NCBI GenBank assembly: GCA_965226495.1
Contig: OZ245365.1
Location: 5,568,001-5,632,000, forward strand
Direction of reading: 5' to 3'
DNA length: 64,000 bases
Source: Candidatus Marinacidobacterales bacterium
GTDB taxonomy: Bacteria; Acidobacteriota; Vicinamibacteria; Marinacidobacterales; DATDRI01
The notes under the pieces were generated by a model. The model saw only the letters and a program-made list of their open reading frames with translations. It searched no databases and was not told the DNA's origin. This document shows positions 9,942-19,061 of the stretch, piece after piece. Made by a program: the position numbers and the translations under genes. Each line of letters starts with the position of its first letter. Position 1 is the first letter of the stretch.

Positions 9942-11546
9942 TCATTTACCGTCCGCGAACTGCTCTCTGAGCTTCGTTTTCAAGAATTTTCCTGTCGATG
10001 TACGGGGGATCGCTTCCACGAACTCGTAGGCATCGGGGATCCACCACTTGGCGAATTTGGGCGCGAGAAAAGCGCGGAGCTCTTCGGCCGTGGCCTTCGC
10101 TCCTTCTTTGAGAACCACAACGGCGAGAGGGCGTTCTTGCCATTTGGGATCGGGGATCGCGATGACCGCCGCCTCCTGAACCGCTTGGTGACCCATGAGC
10201 GCTCCCTCAAGATCCACGGAGCTGATCCACTCGCCCCCCGATTTGATAAGGTCCTTCGTGCGATCGGTGATCTTGACGTAGCCTTCGGGATCGATCGTCG
10301 CTACGTCTCCCGTACAGAACCACCCGTCTTCGGTCCATCGGTCTCGCTCGGACACCTTGAAGTAGCTTGACGCGACCCAGGGTCCGCGAACCTGAATTTC
10401 TCCCATCGTCTTTCCGTCCCACGGAACTTCACCGTCTTCGGAGACGGCGCGCAGATCCACCAGCGGAGAAGGTATACCTTGCTTCGCGCGGTAGGCGTAT
10501 CGCTCGTCCTCTGAGAGATCCCTCATGCTGGCCTTTACCTTGCTCAACGTCCCCAGGGGTGTCGTCTCGGTCATGCCCCACGCCTGGATGACCTCGATAC
10601 CGTGACGATCGAACGCTCGGATCAATGTTTCTGGGACGGCGGATCCTCCGACCAAGGCCCGCATTCCTGGAGAGAGGGTCCAACGGTCCGGAGTCTTATC
10701 CAGCTCTTGCACCATCCCGAGCCAGATGGTGGGAACGCCCGCGGTGACCGTGACCTTCTCTTTTTCGTATAGATCCAGGAGACTTGGTGGGTCCAAGTGC
10801 GGACCGGGGAACACCAGCTTACAACCGACGAGAGTCACGGTGAATGGAAGCCCCCAGCAATTGACGTGGAACATCGGCACCACCGGCAAGACGACGTCCC
10901 GCTGGGAAAGTCCCATCATGTCTTCGAGTGCACAGGCAAAGGAATGCAGCACGAGAGCGCGATGGGAGTACACGACGCCCTTGGGACGGCCCGTGGTGCC
11001 GGAGGTGTAGCAGAGGCCGGCCGCATCGTTCTCCTCGATCTCCGGTTCCTCGAAATCTCCAGTGGCACGATCCAGTAGCTTTTCGTAGCTTTCACAACCT
11101 TCGGGGATCGCGTCCTCCGAATGAGAGACCACGAAGATACGCTTGAATTTAACGCGGTCGGCGAACTTCTCGAAGAGTGGCAGCAAGACATCATCGACGA
11201 TCAGGAACCGATCTTCGGCGTGCTCGACGATGTAGACCAAGTCGTCGGGGTGAAGGCGGAGATTCAGCGTGTGGACGACCCCACCGGCAGCCGGAATCCC
11301 AAAGTAGGCCTCCAGGTGTGCGTGATGATTCCACATGAACGTCGCCACGCGGTCGCCGCGATTGAGACCCGCTTTGAGCAACCCCTCGCTCAGAGCTCGA
11401 GACCGGCGTTCGATGTCCGCATACGTGTGCCGCCGGAGCGACTTGTCGGGTTCCTGCGAAACGATCTCGACTCGAGCGAAGAGCTTCGCAGCCCGCCGGA
11501 GGAGGTGGGTCAACGTGAGAGGGTAGTTCATCATGTTCCCTTGCAT
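9942..11546 (-). CDS. Acyl-CoA synthetase (AlkK/DmdB-like medium/long-chain fatty acid-CoA ligase)
   Basis: YTSGTTGRPKG, VPMFHVNCWG, QAWGMTE, TGD, DLIKSGGEWISS, TSTGKF; GGAGG RBS before the ATG at 11546. Confidence 0.92.
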   Translation of the reverse strand: MQGNMMNYPLTLTHLLRRAAKLFARVEIVSQEPDKSLRRHTYADIERRSRALSEGLLKAGLNRGDRVATFMWNHHAHLEAYFGIPAAGGVVHTLNLRLHPDDLVYIVEHAEDRFLIVDDVLLPLFEKFADRVKFKRIFVVSHSEDAIPEGCESYEKLLDRATGDFEEPEIEENDAAGLCYTSGTTGRPKGVVYSHRALVLHSFACALEDMMGLSQRDVVLPVVPMFHVNCWGLPFTVTLVGCKLVFPGPHLDPPSLLDLYEKEKVTVTAGVPTIWLGMVQELDKTPDRWTLSPGMRALVGGSAVPETLIRAFDRHGIEVIQAWGMTETTPLGTLSKVKASMRDLSEDERYAYRAKQGIPSPLVDLRAVSEDGEVPWDGKTMGEIQVRGPWVASSYFKVSERDRWTEDGWFCTGDVATIDPEGYVKITDRTKDLIKSGGEWISSVDLEGALMGHQAVQEAAVIAIPDPKWQERPLAVVVLKEGAKATAEELRAFLAPKFAKWWIPDAYEFVEAIPRTSTGKFLKTKLREQFADGK

Positions 11547-11597
11547 GCATCCCTCCATCGGTGAATCAGTGCGCGCTCACTCTTCCATTCGTGGCGC

Positions 11598-11754
11598 GGG
11601 GCCCCACCCCCACGCCTCTCGCTTCGCTGGCGCTGCGCTCGGGCTGAGGGCTCCGCTCGGGCCGGGCTCGCTCCTTCATCAACGCGGCGGGGCCCCACCC
11701 CGGCCGCCGTCGCTTCGCCGGCAAGCGGCTTCGCGACAGCTGACGGCTCCTCGC
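11598..11754. repeat. Two tandem copies of a GC-rich palindromic (REP-like) unit
   Basis: GGGGCCCCACCCC...CGCTTCGC(T/C)GGC at 11598 and 11689; a related inverted copy lies at about 22174-22246. Confidence 0.7.
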
Positions 11755-11786
11755 AGAGGGTGCAGTGAATCCGTAGGCACCCTCTG
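11754..11786. other. 10-bp perfect hairpin CAGAGGGTGC/GCACCCTCTG
   Basis: Inverted repeat 11754-11763 / 11777-11786 downstream of the MFS gene; no clear U-tract, so a terminator role is uncertain. Confidence 0.45.
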
Positions 11787-11836
11787 GTGACTCAATGGTG
11801 CTTCTACTACTACTTTGACTTGCTGGCAAGTCGACA

Positions 11837-13118
11837 TCACCGGTCTTGAAACGTTTCGTCGGAGCGGATCCCGAGCCAGAGAAGAGCGGCGATCCAACTC
11901 ACCACAGCGGCGCTTCCCAAGGCGAAAGACCAGCCGAACCAACTAACCAGCAAAGGGACCAAGGGTGTACAGATGACGCCACCCAAGTTGGTCCACATGT
12001 TCATCACTCCGCTTGCCGAGCCCGCATGGCGCCCCGAGACGTCCACGATGGACGACCAGTAGGCGCCCTCGGTGAGCTCACCGAATCCGAAACACGACGA
12101 AAGCGCGAGGACCGCGTGCCCGGTATTGGCACCGATCACGAGTGTAATGCCGGATAGCGTCATCCCGATGAGGCCCACCCACCTTCTACCCCAACGTCGT
12201 CCGATGCGAATCGACAAGCGGTCGGTAATGTGTCCCCCGACCGGCGCCGCGATCCCGCCCACGATGAAGGGCATGCTCGCGAAGAAACCGCTTTCCAGTA
12301 TCGTGAACCCTCGCACGTCGATCAGATACAAGAAAACCAGAATACGAAATATAGAAGACGTAGCCGTAGCAGAAGTAGCTTATCGAAAGGAGGAAAACGT
12401 TCTTGTTCCTGAACAATAGCCACGGATTCGCTGCGGTGGGCGTCGAAACGGTGGTTTCTTCTCCACCTTGGGAAATGATCGCTAGCTCTCCGCGCGTCAC
12501 GGCGCGGTGATCCTCCGGTCGCTCGGTGGCGTACCAGCGGTACAACACGGCGATCAAGAAGGCGAAACCGGCGGCCACGTAGAACGCGTTACGCCACCCT
12601 ACTGTCACCATCAACGACGAAATCACGGGCGGCGTAAAGGCGGAACCGATCGATAGCCCGCCGATCAAAAGAGCGAGCGGGAAAGCTCGCCCGTTCGAAG
12701 GAAACCAGTTTGCTACCGCCCGGGCCGCTACCGGATAAGTGGGTGCTTCCACGACGACCCCCAGGAGGAAGCGCAACACGAGCAAAGAAACTAGCGCGGC
12801 GAACCCGCCGGGAACGAGCAGACCGGGAACCAACCCGCTCAAGACGGTGAAGATTCCCCAGAAGAAGGCCGCTCCCCATAGAACCCGCCACGCCCCGAAA
12901 CGGTCCCCAATCCAACCGGCCGGAATCTGGCAGATGGTATAGCCGATCATGAAGCTGCTGAAGACCCAACCCATCTGCTGTTCAGACAGGTCGAGCTCGG
13001 GCATCATGAACGCCGAGGCAACGGAGATGTTCATCCGCTGCAGATAGCTGACGAAGCTAAACCCGACCAAGAGGGCCAGGATCTTCCACCGAACTCTGGA
13101 AGCCCTGGAAGGGGACAT
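11837..13118 (-). CDS. MFS transporter (anion:cation symporter, GudP/DgoT-like), frameshifted near 12335-12350
   Basis: SYLQRMNISVA, GWIGDRFG, EAPTYP, ANWFP in the 5' ORF; GSASGVMNMWTNLGG in the 3' ORF. Adding one T to each of two T-runs restores YIFVFWFFLYLI. Confidence 0.85.
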
Positions 13119-13158
13119 TGTGGAGGATAGGCGGCGGGAAGACGGTCGATCCGTCTTG

Positions 13159-13782
13159 CTACGGACCGACCCATTCGACGTGTGCGTACTCGCCGCTCTT
13201 GCCGGACAGGTCCCAGTTCCGCCCCCAGTCGCGAAAGCGGCTCTTGGTCCCGGTGCACACGACGACGTCCGGAGACATCCAGTAGCTCGTGTTCTTTATC
13301 TCGGTGACGCCTAGGCCACCGGCTCCGACGATGGGCTCGATTAAGCCGTCGATCGTCTTCGGGATGGTCACTTGCCATCCTCTGCCCTTTTTCTCGAAGC
13401 TGATGGGCACTTGCTTGCTGCCGAGAAAGTTGGCGATCATGATCCGGAACCAACCGACCGGGCCACCAGCCTGACCGGAAAGGATGTCGGTCATGGCCTT
13501 GGCGGCGGCGGGACTCGCCTGGTCGTCGATGTAGAGAGCGAAGGTCCAGCCACCTTCGGCGAGAGGACCGGGCACCTCCATCAGCACCGCCGCCTTCAGG
13601 CCGTCCAGCTTCTCGTCACCCGCATGCCCCTTGTGGATGTTGAGCCCCCACCAAGTCTGACAAACACCGTGGCTGGGCTTCGCCTTACCGAGGGAAACAA
13701 CGCAGGGACAAAAAACCTCGCAGTTGCAACTGAGTGCCAGCTCTCCTTTGATCTTCCAAGGTGCCACTTCTTCCTTCTTCAC
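13159..13782 (-). CDS. DUF1326 family protein (Cys-rich N-terminus)
   Basis: WxIKGE...SCNCEVFCPC...C motif, then LDGL, PGPLAEGGW and WDLSGK. Confidence 0.85.
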   Translation of the reverse strand: MKKEEVAPWKIKGELALSCNCEVFCPCVVSLGKAKPSHGVCQTWWGLNIHKGHAGDEKLDGLKAAVLMEVPGPLAEGGWTFALYIDDQASPAAAKAMTDILSGQAGGPVGWFRIMIANFLGSKQVPISFEKKGRGWQVTIPKTIDGLIEPIVGAGGLGVTEIKNTSYWMSPDVVVCTGTKSRFRDWGRNWDLSGKSGEYAHVEWVGP

Positions 13783-13810
13783 GTTCGTTCCTTTCGCCGT
13801 TACGTTGTCG

Positions 13811-14626
13811 CTAGTTCATCAGGCCCAACCTCAACAAGTACAGCCCCCAAACTACGAACAACACGCCCGCCCCGCGTCCGATCTGGTGCCCCGATGGGGC
13901 CAGTTTCTCAACCAGAACCAAGCCAGCGATCGCCGCCAGCCATAGAAGGTTCATGACCCCGGCGACGAACATCAGAGCCATCAACGCCCAGCAGCAACCT
14001 ACGCAGAACGCCCCATGCTCGAGCCCCATCACCAGTGCCCCCGACCTACCAGGCCGCCAAGACGTCATGAAGAAGGCGAGAGGAGACCGACAGTGAGTCA
14101 GACATGCGTTCTTCAGTCGACTCCATTGAAAGAGGCCGGCCACCACCAAGACGAGTCCGCCGAAGATCACATTGGTGCTCACGCCCGCCGCCGAAACGAG
14201 TGCCGCATGGTGAAGGCCCCATTGAGCCACCGCGCCAAGCGCGCTGAAACCGGTCCACACGACGATGTAGCCGAGCAAGAACGCCGCCGTGGGGGAGAAG
14301 GGTTCACGATCGGGATCTGTTTGTTGTTTCCGGTTGATCTTCGCAAAAGTCAAAATCATCTGAGAGGCCGAAGGAACCATCATCGCGATCATCATGACCG
14401 TCCACATCACGAACAGAAACAGGAAGTCCCGGACGCTCCACGCCTCGATGTGCGGATGGGTGATGCTCGTGCCAACAAATGTATGCGCGGGGTTTGTCGC
14501 CAGGTAGGCAGTGTAGGTCCAGGCGAGGAGCGACACACCGATGAGGCCACTCATCACGACCGCGCGGTCGCGACTCAATACCGACTCCAGGGCGGTAACT
14601 CCTTCATGCGTATGATGCGTCACCAT
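13811..14626 (-). CDS. DUF2182 family putative metal-binding integral membrane protein
   Basis: MWTVMMIAMMVPS, FLLGY, KNACLTHCRSP, CVGCCWALM, GVMN, EK; adjacent to DUF1326. Confidence 0.9.
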   Translation of the reverse strand: MVTHHTHEGVTALESVLSRDRAVVMSGLIGVSLLAWTYTAYLATNPAHTFVGTSITHPHIEAWSVRDFLFLFVMWTVMMIAMMVPSASQMILTFAKINRKQQTDPDREPFSPTAAFLLGYIVVWTGFSALGAVAQWGLHHAALVSAAGVSTNVIFGGLVLVVAGLFQWSRLKNACLTHCRSPLAFFMTSWRPGRSGALVMGLEHGAFCVGCCWALMALMFVAGVMNLLWLAAIAGLVLVEKLAPSGHQIGRGAGVLFVVWGLYLLRLGLMN

Positions 14627-14682
14627 TTGCTTTTCGATGAGTACTCTTTCCCAGTTTGTGTGTCAACTTGCAGGCTAAGTGA

Positions 14683-15953
14683 CTAATCGCCGTCTTTCTC
14701 GAAACGGGACAGCGAAAAGAATGGGTCGGGGGTCCGCTTTTCTAGCACGAGCTCGGCAACCTGTTCGCCAACCGCGGGGCCGTGTTTAAACCCGTGTCCG
14801 GAGCCTCCACCAACCAGCCACACGTTCTCTAAACGTGGATGGCGATCGAGTATGAAGTGTGAGTCGGGACTGTTCTCGTACTGACACACGCGCGCCTCGA
14901 GAAGGGGAGCCCCCTTGAGGCCGGGGAATCGGAACTCGACATAGTCACGTGCCGCCGATAGTGCGGTCGGCGAGTAGGTTCTTTCACCGTCAGTAGGATC
15001 GAACGGCTCGCCTCGACCATCGTCTGCGATTTTGAATCCCCGCCACTCGCTTCCTGGAATGCCATAGAAGAGACGCTCGCCGTTATCGATCCATACCGGA
15101 AGGGTGTGGCCCGAGTAGCGAGAGTCTCCAGGCGGCGTGCCAAAGTAAAAGATTTCCTGTCGCGTCGGGCGGATGCGATCTCCTAGGACATCGGGGAAAA
15201 GCCTGCCGAGCCAAGGACCGCAGGCGAAAACGAACTGGTCGCCGGAAACGAGGGACCCATCCGGGAGCAGGACCCCTCCCAACTTTCCGTTCTCATCGGG
15301 TCTCGGTTTAGCCGCACTCTGAAGGTACTGACCTCCTTCGGCGAGGAAGCCTTCGAGAACAGCGGCGCAAGCCCGACGCGCCAGCAAGTAGCCCGCGTCT
15401 TGTTCCTGGATCGCCCAACGGACGCCCTCGAAATGGATCTGGGGAAACCGTCGTCGCGCCTCTGCCACATCGAGCTCCTCGAACCGGAGTCCGACGTCGC
15501 GCAATATGGGTAGAGATGCTTTTTCGTAGCCGTCGTTCTCCCCAACCATCCATAAGGCGCCGGTCGGTCGGTAAAGCGGACGGTTCCAGAGTTTCTCGTT
15601 CTCTTTCCAGAGCGCGAGCGAACGGGCCACCATCTCGGCGTAGATCCGATCCGGACCGTAGGTTCCCCGAATGACCCGCGACTCGCCCCCCGAGCTTGCC
15701 CGGGAGTTCCCGGTCCCCAGGTGTCGAGGAGAGTCACCTTGGCACCGCTCCTCGAGAGATGAAGCGCAGTCCAACCCCCGAAGGCTCCGGCGCCTACCAC
15801 AACCACTCGCGGTCCTTGGCGCGTCGCGACCTTAGCCGGCTTCCCCTGCGAGCCGAATCCCGGAATCATTGCCACTGCGGCACTCGCCTTCAAAAGCGAG
15901 CGGCGTGAAACGCCGCCTTCCTTTCGGCTAGGACCACCCCCCTTTTTCGCCAT
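14683..15953 (-). CDS. FAD-dependent amine oxidase (monomeric sarcosine oxidase/SolA-like) with Tat signal, frameshifted near 15713
   Basis: SRRSLLK twin-arginine motif and GAGAFG in one frame; SSGGESRVIR, VCQYEN and GHGFKHGP in the next. One missing G in CCGGGAAC joins them (WGPGNSR). Confidence 0.85.
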
Positions 15954-16027
15954 CAGACCTCCTCGGTCCCGCAAAGCCTCTGCACGGTTGAACTTGTCGT
16001 CCAGCCCCCCGCCGCGAGGCCTAACGG

Positions 16028-16067
16028 TTTGACCATAATATGGTAAAATCCATCACGATATGGTCAA
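16028..16067. promoter_or_regulatory. Candidate operator in the oxidase/Rieske divergent promoter
   Basis: Palindrome TTTGACCATA-A-TATGGTAAAA (16028-16048) and a 10/13 matching copy 20 bp downstream that overlaps the Rieske start codon. Confidence 0.55.
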
Positions 16068-17202
16068 GACCCGTGCTCCGGTTGTGGGCTCACTCGGCGC
16101 CAAGGGGACGCGCCGGCCATTCGAGCAAGCCTCTCCGCTTCCAGGCGATTTCTTCCATTCTTCAGAGGTCCTTTCCGCAGAGCTCGACCGAATCTTCGCA
16201 AGAACGTGGATCGTCGTCGGCCGCGAGGAAGACATTTCCGAGCCCGGGAGCTATTTCACTCGTGAGATCGGTAAGGAGTCCATCGTATTGCTCCGTGGTA
16301 CCGGCGGTGAACCCAGAGCGTTCTTCAACGTCTGCCGCCACCGAGGTGCCAAGCTCTTAGAGAGCTGTGACGGAGCCAAGCTCAAGAAGATCCAATGCCC
16401 TTATCATGCCTGGACCTACGATCTCGACGGGCGACTCGCCGCCGCTCCGCTCATGGAGTCGACGCCCGGCTTCTCGAGGGAGGATTATCCACTAGTTCCT
16501 GTAAGGGTCGAAACATGGGAAGGTTTCCTTTTCGTGAACTTGGATGACGATGTTGAGCCTCTCGAGCCGCAACTCGCAGGCTTCCCCAACGTCTCGCGCT
16601 TCCAGCTTCCCAACCTGCGCCGGGGCGGGCGCGTCGCCTACGATGTGGCCGCCAACTGGAAGCTCATCGGCGAGAACTACAACGAGTGCTACCACTGCGC
16701 TCTCGTTCATCCTCAACTTCATCGCATCAGCCACTATCAAAGTGGCGGGAGAATAGAATCGGGGATGAATTTCACCGGAGGTCCCATGACCCTCAACGAG
16801 GGGTTTACGACCATGACCATGAGCGGGAGGAGCACACGCCCTCCCATTCCTGATCTCGTTCCAGAGGATCATCGGACCGTTCACTATTTCCACCTCTACC
16901 CAGGCTTTCTGCTCAGCCTCCATCCTGACTACGTCTTGACGCACACCGTTTGGCCGGTCGACACATCCCACAGCCGCGTGATTTGTGAATGGCTCTTTAC
17001 GCAAGATGCCATGGCCCGGGAAGACTTCGACCCCAGCGATGCTATTGAGTTTTGGGACGTCACCAACCGGCAAGACTGGGAACTTTGCGAGATCGCTCAG
17101 AAAGGAGTCCGATCTCGAGGCTACCGGCCCGGCCGCTATCAAGCGGGCGAGAGCTCGGTCCACGCCTTCGACAACTGGTGCCTCGATCAACTGGAGAGCT
17201 AA
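16060..17202 (+). CDS. Rieske non-heme iron oxygenase alpha subunit (choline monooxygenase/GbcA/Stc2-like group)
   Basis: NVCRHRG...CPYHAW Rieske ligands; NWK...ENYNECYHC..VHP and QDW mononuclear iron ligands. Confidence 0.9.
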   Translation: MVKTRAPVVGSLGAKGTRRPFEQASPLPGDFFHSSEVLSAELDRIFARTWIVVGREEDISEPGSYFTREIGKESIVLLRGTGGEPRAFFNVCRHRGAKLLESCDGAKLKKIQCPYHAWTYDLDGRLAAAPLMESTPGFSREDYPLVPVRVETWEGFLFVNLDDDVEPLEPQLAGFPNVSRFQLPNLRRGGRVAYDVAANWKLIGENYNECYHCALVHPQLHRISHYQSGGRIESGMNFTGGPMTLNEGFTTMTMSGRSTRPPIPDLVPEDHRTVHYFHLYPGFLLSLHPDYVLTHTVWPVDTSHSRVICEWLFTQDAMAREDFDPSDAIEFWDVTNRQDWELCEIAQKGVRSRGYRPGRYQAGESSVHAFDNWCLDQLES

Positions 17203-17358
17203 CTAACCGACCGCTCTCGGTGCTGGCATCGAAGCTCCTACCTGTGGTACTCAACTCCGCCGGGGGCGATCGTTCAGAGGTCAGCCACGATCGTGCCCAC
17301 GCGCTTAAATCGTAATCATCCAAACCCACTGTGCTGCTAGCCGAGGAGATCCAAACCC

Positions 17359-19035
17359 ATGCCCAAGTCTGCCATCCCTCCCGACATAGAGATCGCGCAA
17401 TCGGCCAAGATCCGACCCATCGTGGACGTAGCCTCTGAGCTAGGACTGGCGCCCGAAGACATCGAACCTTACGGCCACTACAAGGCCAAGGTGCGTCTCG
17501 AGGTGTTGGATCGAGCCAAGAAGAAAGCTCGTTTGGTCTTGGTGACCGCTACCAGCCCCACTACAGCGGGGGAGGGGAAAACCACCATGACCGTCGGGCT
17601 GGCTCAAGCGCTCAGGCGGCTGGGTCACAAGGCGGCGCCGTGCATCCGTGAGCCGAGTCTCGGTCCGCTCTTTGGTATGAAGGGCGGGGCGGCAGGAGGC
17701 GGTTACTCTCAAGTCATCCCGATGGAAGACATCAATCTGCATTTCACCGGTGACTTTCATGCCATTACTTCTGCGCACATGCTCCTTTCCGCCACCATCG
17801 ACAACCATCTTCACCAAGGGAACACACTGGGACTGGACCCCCGCCGGATCCCATGGACTCGATGCTTGGACATGAACGACCGAGCCCTGAGACAGGTCGT
17901 GGTTGGGTTGGGCGGCCCGACCGGAGGTGTTCCACGGCAAGAAGAGTATGTCATCACCGCCGCGAGCGAGATCATGGCGATCCTTTGTTTGTCGACGGAC
18001 CTTGCCGATCTAGAAAAGAGGCTCGGGAACATCCTCGTGGGCTACAACCAGGAGCGAAAGCCGGTCCGGGCGCGCGAGCTCGAGGTCCAAGGCGCGATGA
18101 CGATCCTTCTCAAAGATGCCTTGAAGCCCAACCTGGTACAAACGCTCGAAGGAGGACCCGCCTTTATTCACGGCGGACCCTTCGGGAATATCGCGCATGG
18201 ATGTAACTCTATCCTGGGAACTCGAATGGCCATGGCTTTGTCCGACATCGTCGTCACCGAGGCCGGTTTCGGAAGTGATCTGGGAGCCGAGAAGTTCTGC
18301 GATATCAAGTGTCGCGCGGCGGGTCTCACTCCCGACGCTGCGGTCATCGTGACTACGGTAAGAGCACTCAGGTACAACGGTGGTCAACCGAAGGGTGAGA
18401 CCGGGGAGAATTCAAAAGCGCTCGAGGCTGGCTTCGCCAACTTGGATAAGCATATCGAAAACGTCGCTACGTTCGGCTTGCCTGCTATCGTCGCGGTGAA
18501 TCGCTTCCCCACGGACACCGACGCCGAAATTGAACAAGTGATTACCCACTGCGAGAAGGTCGGCGCCGCCGCGGCAGATGCCGATATCTTCTCGAGAGGG
18601 GGAGAAGGGGGAGAAGCCTTGGCCGAGGCGGTGGTCGAGGTGCTGGAAACTAAGAAGTCCGAATTCCGGTTCGCCTACGAAGTCGACGAGCCGATCAAAG
18701 ACAAGGTCCACGCGGTGGCCACCAAGATGTACGGTGCCGACGGTGTCGACTACACCGCCAAAGCGGAGAAAGCGATCGCCGCTTTAGAGCGAAACAGTCT
18801 TTCCAATCTTCCCGTCTGTATCGCCAAGACGCAGTATTCACTCAGCGACGAGCCGACCAGGCTCGGGCGCCCACGAGGTTTCCGGATCCAAGTGCAAGAC
18901 GTGATCGCCTCCGCCGGAGCAGGATTCCTAGTCGTGTTGGCAGGGTCGGTGATGAGAATGCCGGGGCTTCCTCGCGTTCCGGCCGCTACTCAGATGCACA
19001 TCGGCCCCGATGGAAAAACGGTGGGACTCTCGTAA
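17359..19035 (+). CDS. fhs: Formate--tetrahydrofolate ligase
   Basis: DIEIAQ, GEGKTT, REPSLGP, KGGAAGGGYSQ, INLHFTGD, HGGPFGNIAHGCNS, TEAGFG, AKTQYS, MPGLP; GAGGAG RBS. Confidence 0.97.
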   Translation: MPKSAIPPDIEIAQSAKIRPIVDVASELGLAPEDIEPYGHYKAKVRLEVLDRAKKKARLVLVTATSPTTAGEGKTTMTVGLAQALRRLGHKAAPCIREPSLGPLFGMKGGAAGGGYSQVIPMEDINLHFTGDFHAITSAHMLLSATIDNHLHQGNTLGLDPRRIPWTRCLDMNDRALRQVVVGLGGPTGGVPRQEEYVITAASEIMAILCLSTDLADLEKRLGNILVGYNQERKPVRARELEVQGAMTILLKDALKPNLVQTLEGGPAFIHGGPFGNIAHGCNSILGTRMAMALSDIVVTEAGFGSDLGAEKFCDIKCRAAGLTPDAAVIVTTVRALRYNGGQPKGETGENSKALEAGFANLDKHIENVATFGLPAIVAVNRFPTDTDAEIEQVITHCEKVGAAAADADIFSRGGEGGEALAEAVVEVLETKKSEFRFAYEVDEPIKDKVHAVATKMYGADGVDYTAKAEKAIAALERNSLSNLPVCIAKTQYSLSDEPTRLGRPRGFRIQVQDVIASAGAGFLVVLAGSVMRMPGLPRVPAATQMHIGPDGKTVGLS

Positions 19036-19061
19036 GAATGAAAGTAGCCTGGGGTCCCGTA

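Noticed and set aside
17203-17358. ZMP/ZTP or THF riboswitch upstream of fhs
   Set aside because: The conserved cores I know were not found; only an 11-bp direct repeat ATCCAAACCCA (17318 and 17349) of unknown meaning.
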